This document shows positions 29,343 through 38,832 of a stretch of 64,000 bases of DNA, one piece after another. The translations under genes and the position numbers were made by a program. The DNA is from a bacterium. GTDB taxonomy: Bacteria; UBA8248. Positions within the stretch are counted from its first letter, which is position 1; every line of letters begins with the position of its first letter. The notes beneath the pieces are model-generated. The model did no database searches and was not told where the DNA came from. It worked only from the letters and a program-made list of their open reading frames with translations. Location of the stretch: assembly GCA_965203325.1 (NCBI GenBank), contig OZ241875.1, forward strand, positions 1,920,001 to 1,984,000, in the 5' to 3' direction.

Positions 29343-30101
29343 ATGAATGCGGGCAAATTGGCGAGGCTGTCGGTTTCGATCCTGGTGTTCACAGGGGTCT
29401 GGTGGACGTCGAGCGGGACCTTCTTCGAGGAGGCGATCGTTCCCTCCCCCGTCTCGGTGGCCGGGAAGCTCGGCGAGATGATCTGGAACACCGAGCTGTT
29501 CGCCCACCTCGGCGCGAGCCTGAGGCGCATCGTACTGGGCTACGCCCTGGGCTGCGTCATCGGGGTCGTGGTCGGCGTGGCGACCGGGGCGATTCGCCTG
29601 GCCCGCGACCTCATCGAGCCGCCGCTCGAGTTCTGCCGGAACATCCCACCGGTGGCCCTCATCCCGCTGGTCGTCTCGATCTTCGGCATCGGCGAGATCG
29701 GAAAATACTTCATCATCTCCTACGCCTCGGGGATCGCGGTGCTGTTCAACACCGCCGCCGGGGTGCTCTCCACTCCGCAGATCAGGGTCCGGGCCGCCCT
29801 GTGCCTGGGCGCGCGCAAACAGGACATCTTCTTGCGCGTCGTTCTCCCTTCGGCCTGGCCCCACATCCTCACCGGGCTCAGGCTCGCGCTGGGCTTCTCC
29901 TTCATGGGCGTCGTGGCCGCGGAGATGCTCGCCGCCGACCAGGGCATCGGCTTCCTCATCATGCAGAGCACGAACATCATCGCGCCCGCCGAGATGTTCG
30001 TCGGTTTCCTGATGCTGGGCTCGTTCGGCCTCATCACCGACCAGCTCTTCCGCATGACCATCCACAAGCTCATGCGGCGATATATGATACCCATGGCGTG
30101 A
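29343..30101 (+). CDS. ABC transporter permease (NitT/TauT), second paralogue
   Basis: Same motifs; true start MNAGKL at 29343. Confidence 0.9.
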   Translation: MNAGKLARLSVSILVFTGVWWTSSGTFFEEAIVPSPVSVAGKLGEMIWNTELFAHLGASLRRIVLGYALGCVIGVVVGVATGAIRLARDLIEPPLEFCRNIPPVALIPLVVSIFGIGEIGKYFIISYASGIAVLFNTAAGVLSTPQIRVRAALCLGARKQDIFLRVVLPSAWPHILTGLRLALGFSFMGVVAAEMLAADQGIGFLIMQSTNIIAPAEMFVGFLMLGSFGLITDQLFRMTIHKLMRRYMIPMA

Positions 30102-30220
30102 CGCAAGCGTGAGACTTAGGCTCGGTCGCCACGGCGGGTGGTTCCGCCTCCATGAAGCGGCGCGGGCTGACACACGGCGCGCCGGATTCATGAATCCCCG
30201 AAAGCCGGGAAGGAGAAAGG

Positions 30221-30766
30221 TTGCGCAAGACCGATTCGAAAGCGGGGCCGCTCGTCCGCGACGCCGCAGAAGCCGACCTCCCCGCGATCCGGGAGATATA
30301 CGCCCACCACGTGCTGCGCAGGCAGGCCACGTTCGAGGAGGAGCCGCCCGATCTGGAAGAGATCCGCCGCCGCTTCCGCGCCGTAAAAGAGAAAGGCCTC
30401 CCCTGGCTCGCCGCTGAGGTCGACGGCGCCGTTTGCAGCTACGCCTATGCGGCGCCCTACCACCGAAGGCCGGCCTACCGCCACGCCGTCGAAAATTCCG
30501 TCTACGTCGATCATCGCGTCATGCGCCAAGGGCTGGGTGCTGCGCTGCTCGACAGGTTGATCGATTCATGCGCCCGCCAGGGCTTTCGCCAGATGGTCGC
30601 GGTCATCGGCGACAGCGCGAATGCGGCCTCGATCAAGCTGCACGAGCGCGCCGGGTTCGGGCTCGTCGGCACCCTGAAGTCCATCGGCTTCAAGCACGGC
30701 CGGTGGCTCGACTGCGTGATCATGCAACGCGCCCTCGGCGAGGGCGACGAGAACTTGCCTTCGTGA
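30221..30766 (+). CDS. GNAT N-acetyltransferase (phosphinothricin/methionine-sulfoximine type)
   Basis: ATFEEEPP, AYRHAVENSVYV, NAASIKLHERAGF, GFKHGRWLD. Confidence 0.88.
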   Translation: MRKTDSKAGPLVRDAAEADLPAIREIYAHHVLRRQATFEEEPPDLEEIRRRFRAVKEKGLPWLAAEVDGAVCSYAYAAPYHRRPAYRHAVENSVYVDHRVMRQGLGAALLDRLIDSCARQGFRQMVAVIGDSANAASIKLHERAGFGLVGTLKSIGFKHGRWLDCVIMQRALGEGDENLPS

Positions 30767-30968
30767 ATCGTGCGCGGGGCGTCGAGCGTCAGCATGGGAT
30801 CGGCGGCGATGCAAAGTTGCTCTAAGGTGTGAATGCCCAGTTTTGAAGAGAGTGGCCAAGAGCGAGTAGGTTCATTCGTCATTAAAGTTGGCACCCTTCC
30901 CTATTTGATATGCCGAAAATGTAATGCTTTAGTTGACACAACAAATATGGGATATTAAAATTACACCT

Positions 30969-31250
30969 ATGATCAAGAGCTTCAGGGAGCGAGCGTTGAA
31001 GCGTCTCTGGGAATGGGATGACGACTCCCGTATCAACGCCAACATGAGAAAGCGAGTTCGGTTGCTCTTGAATGCTCTGGACGCTTCGGCGCGGCCTGAA
31101 GACATGAACCAACCCGGCTTCGGGTATCACCCACTCCGAGGCGAACCGAAGCGATATGCCGTGCGCGTAACCGCAAACTGGCGGCTCACGTTTGAGTGGA
31201 GCAAAGACGACGACGCGGCCATCCGCGTCGATTTGGAGGACTATCACTAA
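30969..31250 (+). CDS. higB: HigB (RelE/ParE) toxin
   Basis: MIKSFR..LKRL, PGFGYHPLRG, VTANWRLTF, VDLEDYH. Confidence 0.9.
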   Translation: MIKSFRERALKRLWEWDDDSRINANMRKRVRLLLNALDASARPEDMNQPGFGYHPLRGEPKRYAVRVTANWRLTFEWSKDDDAAIRVDLEDYH

Positions 31251-31603
31251 TGCGAAAGAAAGAACTCCCCGCAGGCGAGCGTAGCATGCGCGCCTCCCAT
31301 CCGGGTGAGGCCTGGGGCATCATCCTGAAAGAGGGTCTCCATCTGAGCATCACCGATGCCGCAAAACGGATGGGGATCTCCCGCCAGCGGCTACACGCGG
31401 TTATACGTGAAAACAAGCCGGAGCGCGTTACACCCAACCTGGCGCTCCGCTTTACCCGGCTGTGCGGCAAGGACGACGAGGCGGCAAAACTATGGCTGCG
31501 CATGCAGATGACCTATGACATTGAGGAGGCCAAAGTCGAACTCGCCGAGGTTCTGCCCGGCATCGAGCCTGTCAGTCCGCCCAAAGACGCCATATCCGCC
31601 TGA
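31250..31603 (+). CDS. higA: HigA antitoxin
   Basis: HPGE, HTH, TPNLALR, WLRMQMTYD. Confidence 0.9.
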   Translation: MRKKELPAGERSMRASHPGEAWGIILKEGLHLSITDAAKRMGISRQRLHAVIRENKPERVTPNLALRFTRLCGKDDEAAKLWLRMQMTYDIEEAKVELAEVLPGIEPVSPPKDAISA

Positions 31604-31636
31604 AAATTCCAGGGGCTGAATCAACACACCCCCCCC

Positions 31637-33253
31637 CTACACGCCCAGAATCTTCTTCGCGCACTCCCGCGCCTCATCCAGGGTCTCGACGACCCGCTCC
31701 CCGGGCGCGTCGCGCAGAACGTCGAACGCGCGGAGGGTGCGCGCGACGTCGCCCGCCAAGCCCATCACGATGAACGCCGTGCGCTCCTGCGCGGCGACGT
31801 CCATGAGCCGCCTGATGAGCATGGCGGCGCTGTCGTCGAGATGCTTGGCGCCCGTGAAATCGAAGATGACGACCTCGTGGTCCTTGATGTCCGCGCTGAT
31901 GGCCGCGACCAGCTCGTGCGATGAGGCGACGGTGAAGCTGCCCCGGAGCGACACCAGGCCGACGCGCGCCGCATAGGGGTTCACCTCGCCTGCGTCTTTC
32001 GTCCCTCCAAAGAATATGTGGTCCAGCATCGGCACGGACACCACGTTGTCGATCTCGAGGCGCTCGAGGTGCCTTGCGTGGGCCATCCCTGCGGCGATGA
32101 GGCCTATCGCCACGGCGGTCAGCAGGTCGACGAACACCGTGAGGCCGAGCGTCATCAGCATGACGAAGAGATGCTCGCGCCGGATGTGGCGCAAACGGGC
32201 GAGGAGCCGCCAATCGACGATTTCCCAGCCCACCTTCATCAGAACGCCCGCCAAGGCGGCGAGCGGAACCGACTCGACGTAAGGCCCGAAACCCAGCAGG
32301 AGCGCCAGCAGCAACACGGCGCGCATCATACCCGACACTCGGGTCTGCCCCCCCGCGCGGATGTTCGTCACCGTGCTCACGGTGGCGCCCGCGCCTGGGA
32401 GTCCGCCGATGAGGCCTGCGGCCACGTTGCCGATCCCCTGCCCCACCAGTTCACGGTTCGGGTTGTGGCGCGAGCCGGTGAGCGAGTCGGCCACCAGGGC
32501 GGCGAGGAGGCTGTCGATGGAACCCAGCAGGGCGAGAACGATCGCCGGCTGCAGCGCCCCCAGGAGGAAGCCGGCGGAGGGCAGTCCCAGGTGCAGTTCC
32601 GGCAGGCCGGCCGGAATCCGTCCGATGGCGGGCGCCTCGTTCAGCCACAAGACGCCCAGAAGCGAGCCCACTGCGAGCGCCACCAGCGGTGGAGGCAAAA
32701 ACCTCGCGAAGCGGCGCGGCCAGAAGGCGAAGGCGGCGAGCGTAGCGGTGCCGACGCCCAGGGCGTCTACGTTGATATTCCCGAGCGCCTCCGGGAGCGC
32801 GCGAATCGCGCCCATGAACCCGCCCGGCGCGGGCGGCGCCCCGAGAAAGGGCAGCGCCTCGATCGCCATGATGATGACGCCGACGCCGGACATGAAGCCC
32901 GAGACGACCACATAGGGCGTGTAGACTACGAAGCGGCCGGCCCCCAGCGCGCCCAGAAGCACCTGCAGAAGGCCGCCCAGAACGACGATGCTCAGCGCTT
33001 CGGTGAGATTCGTCGCGTGGGTGGTGACGATGACCGCCATGGCGACGGTTACGGAAGGCGCAGGGCCTGAAATAACCGTCCGCGTACCGCCGAAGAGCAC
33101 CGCGAAAAAACCCACCGCAATCGCGCCGTAAAGCCCCGCCGCCGCGCCCATTCCCGACGCCACGCCGAAAGAGAGCGCGAATGGCAGCGCGACCACCGTA
33201 CCGGTGAGGCCGCCGGAGACGTCCCCGCGAAGCGTCTTGAGATCGTAGTTCAA
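31637..33253 (-). CDS. SulP/SLC26 anion transporter (BicA-like) with STAS domain, copy 1
   Basis: GLYGAIAVGFFA..GGT..ISGP, NRELVGQGIGN, C-terminal STAS; TTG start. Confidence 0.93.
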   Translation of the reverse strand: MNYDLKTLRGDVSGGLTGTVVALPFALSFGVASGMGAAAGLYGAIAVGFFAVLFGGTRTVISGPAPSVTVAMAVIVTTHATNLTEALSIVVLGGLLQVLLGALGAGRFVVYTPYVVVSGFMSGVGVIIMAIEALPFLGAPPAPGGFMGAIRALPEALGNINVDALGVGTATLAAFAFWPRRFARFLPPPLVALAVGSLLGVLWLNEAPAIGRIPAGLPELHLGLPSAGFLLGALQPAIVLALLGSIDSLLAALVADSLTGSRHNPNRELVGQGIGNVAAGLIGGLPGAGATVSTVTNIRAGGQTRVSGMMRAVLLLALLLGFGPYVESVPLAALAGVLMKVGWEIVDWRLLARLRHIRREHLFVMLMTLGLTVFVDLLTAVAIGLIAAGMAHARHLERLEIDNVVSVPMLDHIFFGGTKDAGEVNPYAARVGLVSLRGSFTVASSHELVAAISADIKDHEVVIFDFTGAKHLDDSAAMLIRRLMDVAAQERTAFIVMGLAGDVARTLRAFDVLRDAPGERVVETLDEARECAKKILGV

Positions 33254-33293
33254 GTGAGGAAACCCTCTTCCATCTTAAGACACATCCACCGCC

Positions 33294-34910
33294 TCAAACC
33301 CCCACGAGGGGTTTCGCTATCTCGCGCGCCTGGTCCAGATTCTCGACGATGCGCTCCGGCGGCACCTCGCGCAGGACGTCGAGCGCGTCGAGCGTCTCCG
33401 CGACGTCGCCCGTAAGCCCGATGACGATGGACTCGGTATCTTCTTCGGTGGCGACGTCGATGAGTTGCTTGATGACCATGGCGGCGCTGTCGTCGATGTA
33501 GGTGGCTTCCGTGAAATTGAAGATGACGACCTCGTGATCCTTGATGTCGAGGCTGATCGTCCGCACCAGTTTTTTGGACGACGCGACGGTGAAGCTCCCC
33601 CGGAGCGCCACCATGCCGACGCGCGCCTCGAACGGGTCAACCCCTTCGACCTCCTCCCCTTCGTAGAGGAACATCTGGTCCAGCAGGGGTACCGAAACCA
33701 CGCTGTCGAGTTCGAGGTTCTCGAGTTGTCCCGCGTGGGCCAGACCCGCGACGATGAGGCCTATCGCCACCGCGCTGATGAGATCGACGAACACCGTGAG
33801 GCCGAGCGTCGTCAACAGGACGAAGAGGTGTTCTCGCTTGATGCGGTGCAGGCGGGTGAGGAGGCGCCAGTCGATGATGTCCCAGCCGACCTTGATCAGG
33901 ACGCCCGCGAGGGCGGCGAGCGGAATCGACTCGACGTAAGGCCCGAGACCCAGGAGGATCGCCAGCAGGAAGAGCGCGAATATCACACCCGCCGCCCGGG
34001 TCCGCCCGCCGGAGCGGATGTTGGGCACTGTATACACGGGTGTGCCCGCGCCGGGCAGCCCGCCGATCAGGCCCGCGGCCGCGTTGCCCACCCCCTGGCC
34101 GATGAGTTCGCGGTCCGGGTCGTGGCTCGTGCGGGTCAATGAGTCGGCCACGAGACCGGTGAGAAGGCTCACAACCGAGCCGATGAGGGCGAGAATGAGC
34201 GCGGGCTCCACCGCGCGCGCCAGAAAGCCGAGCGATGGAAGCCCGATCTGCAGCCCCGGCAGGCCGGTCGGCACCTCCCCGATGACGGGCGCCCCCTTCA
34301 GCCACAAGACGCCCACGAGCGTGCCGGCGAAAAGCCCCACGAGGGGCGTGGGCAGGATTTTCCGGAATCGGGGCGGCCAGAAGACCGCGACGCCGAGCGT
34401 GACGAGCCCGACGCCCAAAGCGCTCCAGTTGATTTTGGCCAGCGTCGCCGGCAGTGCGAGAATCATGCCCACGGCTCCGCCCGGCACGGGTGAGGAGCCG
34501 AAAAAGGGCAACACCTGAATCGCCATCACGAGGACGCCGATGCCAGACATGAAACCGGATACGACCACGTAGGGCGTGTAGGCTACGAAGCGGCCGAGCT
34601 TCAACACGCCCAAAAGCGCCTGCAGCAGGCCGCCCATCACGACTACCGTGAGGGCTTCGGTCAGGTTTTCCGCATAGGTGGTGATGATGACCGCCATGAC
34701 GATGGCCATCGGCGCCGTGGGGCCGGATATCTGGGTCGCCGTGCCGCCGAAGACGGCAGCGAAAAAGCCCACCGCTATCGCGCCGTAAAGCCCCGCTGCG
34801 GCCCCCATGCCCGAAGCCACGCCGTAGGCCAAGGACAACGGCAGGGCCACCACCATGGCGGTGACGCCGCCGAAAAGGTCTCCGCGAAGCGTATCGAGAT
34901 CGTATTTCAC
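33294..34910 (-). CDS. SulP/SLC26 anion transporter, copy 2
   Basis: Same motifs; GTG start. Confidence 0.93.
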   Translation of the reverse strand: MKYDLDTLRGDLFGGVTAMVVALPLSLAYGVASGMGAAAGLYGAIAVGFFAAVFGGTATQISGPTAPMAIVMAVIITTYAENLTEALTVVVMGGLLQALLGVLKLGRFVAYTPYVVVSGFMSGIGVLVMAIQVLPFFGSSPVPGGAVGMILALPATLAKINWSALGVGLVTLGVAVFWPPRFRKILPTPLVGLFAGTLVGVLWLKGAPVIGEVPTGLPGLQIGLPSLGFLARAVEPALILALIGSVVSLLTGLVADSLTRTSHDPDRELIGQGVGNAAAGLIGGLPGAGTPVYTVPNIRSGGRTRAAGVIFALFLLAILLGLGPYVESIPLAALAGVLIKVGWDIIDWRLLTRLHRIKREHLFVLLTTLGLTVFVDLISAVAIGLIVAGLAHAGQLENLELDSVVSVPLLDQMFLYEGEEVEGVDPFEARVGMVALRGSFTVASSKKLVRTISLDIKDHEVVIFNFTEATYIDDSAAMVIKQLIDVATEEDTESIVIGLTGDVAETLDALDVLREVPPERIVENLDQAREIAKPLVGV

Positions 34911-35001
34911 GCGATAATGCCCCCGCGTATTTTCCTGCCGAGAGTGCGTGCGGACGTTCGTTCACAGCATATCACACCCGCCCTGAATCGTGAGCGAGTG
35001 C

Positions 35002-35452
35002 GGGATTGTTGAAAAAGTCCCCAAAAGAGGTTGTTGCCCCTCAATCAAGAGTGTTCACCGTCATTCCGGCGAAAGCCGGAATCCATTTTTATGCCTTTTG
35101 CTTTTTCGTTTCTTCGTTCGGATGTCTTTCATCCCGAGCGGGGAGGATCGGAATCGAACACAAAAAAGAAAGGCGAATTCTCTGGATTCCGGATCCGGAC
35201 GTCGCGCAACAACAAGGTCGTGGCCGCGCTGCCTGGAGAAAAGTCAAAATGGATTCCGGCTTTCGCCGGAATGACGAACGAAAACTTCTCGGCAAACGGG
35301 AAATTGCCGTGTAGGGGTCGCATACATGCGACCCACCCCGTGGACACAAAACCAGGGCCGCATATATGCGGCCCCTACACTCCCTTCGGCAGGCCGGAGT
35401 CTCGTTGCCGTCATTGCAGGCTTTTTCAACAACCCCGTATGCGACCCCTGCA
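35002..35452. repeat. Complete composite cassette: IS-like ends enclosing a CGTC REPIN and a GTAG REP pair
   Basis: GGGATTGTTGAAAAAG (35002) ... CTTTTTCAACAACCCC (35436); CGTC unit 35059-35276; GTAGGGGTCGCATACATGCGACCC and GGGCCGCATATATGCGGCCCCTAC. Confidence 0.85.
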
Positions 35453-35477
35453 CGCAAAAGAATTTTTCCTCGCTGGA

Positions 35478-37103
35478 TTATTCATCGTTCCCCTTGAGGA
35501 GGGTTTTGGCGAATGCCCGCGCCTCGTCCCGGGTCTGGAGGAGATGACCCTCGGGTATGCTCCGCAAGATATTGAGCGTCTCAAGGGTATGGGCGACATT
35601 GCCCGCGAGGCCCATCAGGATGTATTCGGTCTGTTCCTGATCGGCGACTTCGATGAGATGCTTGATGACCATGGCGGCGCTGTCGTCGATGTAGGTGGCG
35701 CCCGAGAAATCGAAGATCACCACTTCGTGATCCTTGATGTCCGCGCCTATCATCTGGACCAGTTTATGGGAGGATGCGACGGTGAAGCTCCCCCGGAGCG
35801 CCACGAGGCCGACGCGCGCGGCGAACGGATCCACCATCTCCACGTCCGCGGATTCCGAGAAGAATATGTGATCCAGCATCGGCACGGAAACCACGCTGTC
35901 GAGTTCGAGGGTTTCCAGCTGACGCGCGTGGGTCATGCCTGCGGCGATCAGTCCTATCGCCACGGCGCTTATCAAATCGACGAACACCGTGAGGCACATC
36001 GTCATCACCATGACGACAAGGTGTTCGCGCCGGATGCGGTGAGCGATGGAGAGAAGATACCAGTCGATGATGTCCCAGCCGACCTTCATCAGGATGCCGG
36101 CGAGAGCGGCGATGGGAATCGGCTCGACATACGGCCCGAGACCCAGAACGAGCGCCAGCAGGAGCAGGGCGCGCAGCGCGCCCGCGGCCCGGGTCCGCCC
36201 GCCGGCGCGGATGTTGGTCACCGTGCCCATCGTGGCGCCCGCGCCGGGCAGCCCGCCGACGAGTCCTGCAACCATGTTGCCGATCCCCTGGCCTATGAGT
36301 TCACGGTTCGGGTTGTGGCGCGTGCCCGTCAGCGAATCGGCCACCAGAGACGTCAGGAGACTGTCTATGGAGCCCAGCAAACCGAGAATGAGCGCGGGCT
36401 TCACGGCGCGGGCCAGAAAGCCCGGGGAGGGCAGCCCGATTTGCGCCTCCGGCAGGCCGGTCGGCACCTCCCCGATGACGGGCGCGTCGCTCAGCCACGT
36501 GACGCCCAACATCGTGCCGACGACGAGCGCGACCAGGGGAGCGGGGAGAAACCGCGCGAAGCGGCGGGGCCAGAACACGCAGACGAAGAACGCCGCGGCC
36601 GCGATGCCCAAAGCGTCCGTGCTGACGTTCGCCACGGCGTCGGGCAGCGCGAGCACCGCGCCCATGGCCCCGCCCGGCGCGGGAGGAGAACCAAGAAAGG
36701 GCAGGAACTGAATCAGGATGACGATGACGCCGACGCCGGACATGAAGCCCGAGACGACCACGTAGGGCGTGTAGGTAACGAAGCGACCGACTCCCGATAC
36801 GCCCATCAGAATTTGCAGCAGGCCGCCCAACATGACCACCGTCAGGGCTTCGGTGAGATTTTCCGTGTAACCGGTGATGATGATCGCCATGACGACGGTC
36901 ATCGGCGCGGTGGGGCCGGATATCTGGGTCGCCGTGCCGCCGAAGACCGCCGCGAAAAAGCCTACCGCTATCGCGCCGTAGAGGCCCGCCGCGGCCCCCA
37001 TGCCGGACGCCACGCCGAAAGCCAGCGAAACCGGCAGGGCCACCACCATGGAGGTGACGCCGCCGAAAAGGTCTCCGCGAAGCGTATCGAGATCGTATTT
37101 CAC
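35478..37103 (-). CDS. SulP/SLC26 anion transporter, copy 3
   Basis: Same motifs; GTG start at 37103 by alignment to copy 2. Confidence 0.93.
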   Translation of the reverse strand: MKYDLDTLRGDLFGGVTSMVVALPVSLAFGVASGMGAAAGLYGAIAVGFFAAVFGGTATQISGPTAPMTVVMAIIITGYTENLTEALTVVMLGGLLQILMGVSGVGRFVTYTPYVVVSGFMSGVGVIVILIQFLPFLGSPPAPGGAMGAVLALPDAVANVSTDALGIAAAAFFVCVFWPRRFARFLPAPLVALVVGTMLGVTWLSDAPVIGEVPTGLPEAQIGLPSPGFLARAVKPALILGLLGSIDSLLTSLVADSLTGTRHNPNRELIGQGIGNMVAGLVGGLPGAGATMGTVTNIRAGGRTRAAGALRALLLLALVLGLGPYVEPIPIAALAGILMKVGWDIIDWYLLSIAHRIRREHLVVMVMTMCLTVFVDLISAVAIGLIAAGMTHARQLETLELDSVVSVPMLDHIFFSESADVEMVDPFAARVGLVALRGSFTVASSHKLVQMIGADIKDHEVVIFDFSGATYIDDSAAMVIKHLIEVADQEQTEYILMGLAGNVAHTLETLNILRSIPEGHLLQTRDEARAFAKTLLKGNDE

Positions 37104-37205
37104 GCGATAATGCCTCTTCGCACACTTTTCCGGGCAGCCGGCACGACGAGCGGATGTTGATTCGCGCACAGCATATCACACCCGCTTTGAATCGTGAGCG
37201 CGCGC

Positions 37206-37465
37206 GGGATTGTTGAAAAGCTCCTCGATGCGGGAAAACCACCGTCATTCCGGCGAAAGCCGGAATCCATTTTCGCCTTTGACTCATCGCCTTTCGCCCG
37301 GACGTCCTCGCTCCCGGAGGGGGAAGATACGGACACCGCCGCGTATTCACCTCATCTGTTCCGGATTCCAGCGTGGTGCTCTCTTCCACGAGTCGGAATC
37401 GAGAGCGAAAACGACAGGACGAAAAAGCGAAGTCAAAATGGATTCCGGCTTTCGCCGGAATGACG
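37206..37465. repeat. IS-like end plus CGTC REPIN unit
   Basis: GGGATTGTTGAAAAG leader; palindromes at 37243 and ~37440; spacer inverted relative to the 5722 copy. Confidence 0.85.
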
Positions 37466-37665
37466 AGCAAACATATAATTCAAATCGACCGGTATGTCAA
37501 TCGTTCGACTGACTACGCCTGGATGGTGCAAATAACTGATAATACTTGATTAAATAACAATCTTTTCGAATTTCCCCTCTTGCGTTTTCGTCAAACTTAT
37601 GCTTGAATACGCTCTCGTTTGACGCCGCTTGTATGCGGTTTGATTACATATTTCCTGGAGGAACC

Positions 37666-38832
37666 ATGCCGAGAAGAAGCGAGTTCAAACTCACCAAGCG
37701 CGCGGTCGACGCCCTCGCGGTCAAGGAGAAAGACGCCCTATTCTGGGACCGGGACCTGGCGGGCTTCGGGGTGCGTGTGCACGCAACGGGCCGGAAGGTC
37801 TACGTGGTGCAGTCGAGAGGACCGCGCGGGCCTGTGCGCGTGACGCTCGGGCACCACGGGGCGCTCTCGTGCGATGAGGCCAGGAAATGCGCCGCACCTG
37901 TCATCGACCGTATCAGGCGGGGCGAGGAGCCCCTGTCCGGAGAGGCGAAACCCGCGCCCACGGTGGCGGACCTGGCCGGACGCTTCATGCGCGAGTACGT
38001 CGCGAGCCGCTGCAAGCCTTCCACGGCGCCGAAGTACCGCTCCGTGCTCGACAACCATATCCTGCCGGCGCTGGGTTCGATGAACCTCGTGGACGTGGGC
38101 AAGGCGGAGGCCGCGGCGCTCCAGCACGCCCTGCGCGCGACGCCAGGGACGGCGAACGCCGCGGTGGACGTGCTCAAGCGGATGTTCGCGCTGGCCGAGG
38201 CGTGGGAACTGATGCCGCCCGGCCGGAACCCGTGCCGAAGGCTTCGCCGCTACAGGACGCGCAAGCGGGAGCGGTTCCTGACGCCTGCGGAATACCGGCG
38301 GCTGGGCCGTGTGCTCGCAGAGGCGGAAGGCGAGCTCTGGACACCCGCGCTCGGGGCGATCAGGCTCCTCCTCCTGACGGGATGCCGGCGGGACGAGGTG
38401 CTGAGCCTCAGGTGGGACGACGTGGACCGCACGGCGGGGGAATTGAGATTGAGAGACACGAAGACGGGACCGCGGATGGTTCCGCTGACGGGGCCGTTGC
38501 TCGACGCGCTTCCCCCGCGGGGGGACGGTCCCTGGGTGTTCCGCGCCCAGCGGGGCGGGGGCAGGCTCACGAACCTCTATCACTACTGGAAGCCCCTCCG
38601 GGCGCGGGCGGGGCTCGGGGACGTACGGCTCCATGACTTGCGCCATTCGTATGCGAGCCGGGCGCTCGCGCTGGGCGAGAACCTCCCGGTGATCGGGGCG
38701 CTGCTCGGACACGGCGAGGTGGCGACGACGGCGCGCTACGCGCACCTGATGCGGGATGCCGAGCGCGCGGCGGCCGCCCGTGTGGGGGAGAGCATCGGCG
38801 TCCACGTCACGAACGGGAGGGTGGAGCGATGA
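37666..38832 (+). CDS. Tyrosine recombinase/integrase with arm-DNA-binding domain, no. 1
   Basis: FWDRDLAGFGVRV, TGCRRDE, TKTG, HDLRH, LLGH, TARYAH: complete R-K-H-R-H-Y set. Confidence 0.93.
   Translation: MPRRSEFKLTKRAVDALAVKEKDALFWDRDLAGFGVRVHATGRKVYVVQSRGPRGPVRVTLGHHGALSCDEARKCAAPVIDRIRRGEEPLSGEAKPAPTVADLAGRFMREYVASRCKPSTAPKYRSVLDNHILPALGSMNLVDVGKAEAAALQHALRATPGTANAAVDVLKRMFALAEAWELMPPGRNPCRRLRRYRTRKRERFLTPAEYRRLGRVLAEAEGELWTPALGAIRLLLLTGCRRDEVLSLRWDDVDRTAGELRLRDTKTGPRMVPLTGPLLDALPPRGDGPWVFRAQRGGGRLTNLYHYWKPLRARAGLGDVRLHDLRHSYASRALALGENLPVIGALLGHGEVATTARYAHLMRDAERAAAARVGESIGVHVTNGRVER

Noticed and set aside
30820..30900. Possible IS end upstream of higBA
   Set aside because: No partner end or target duplication found.
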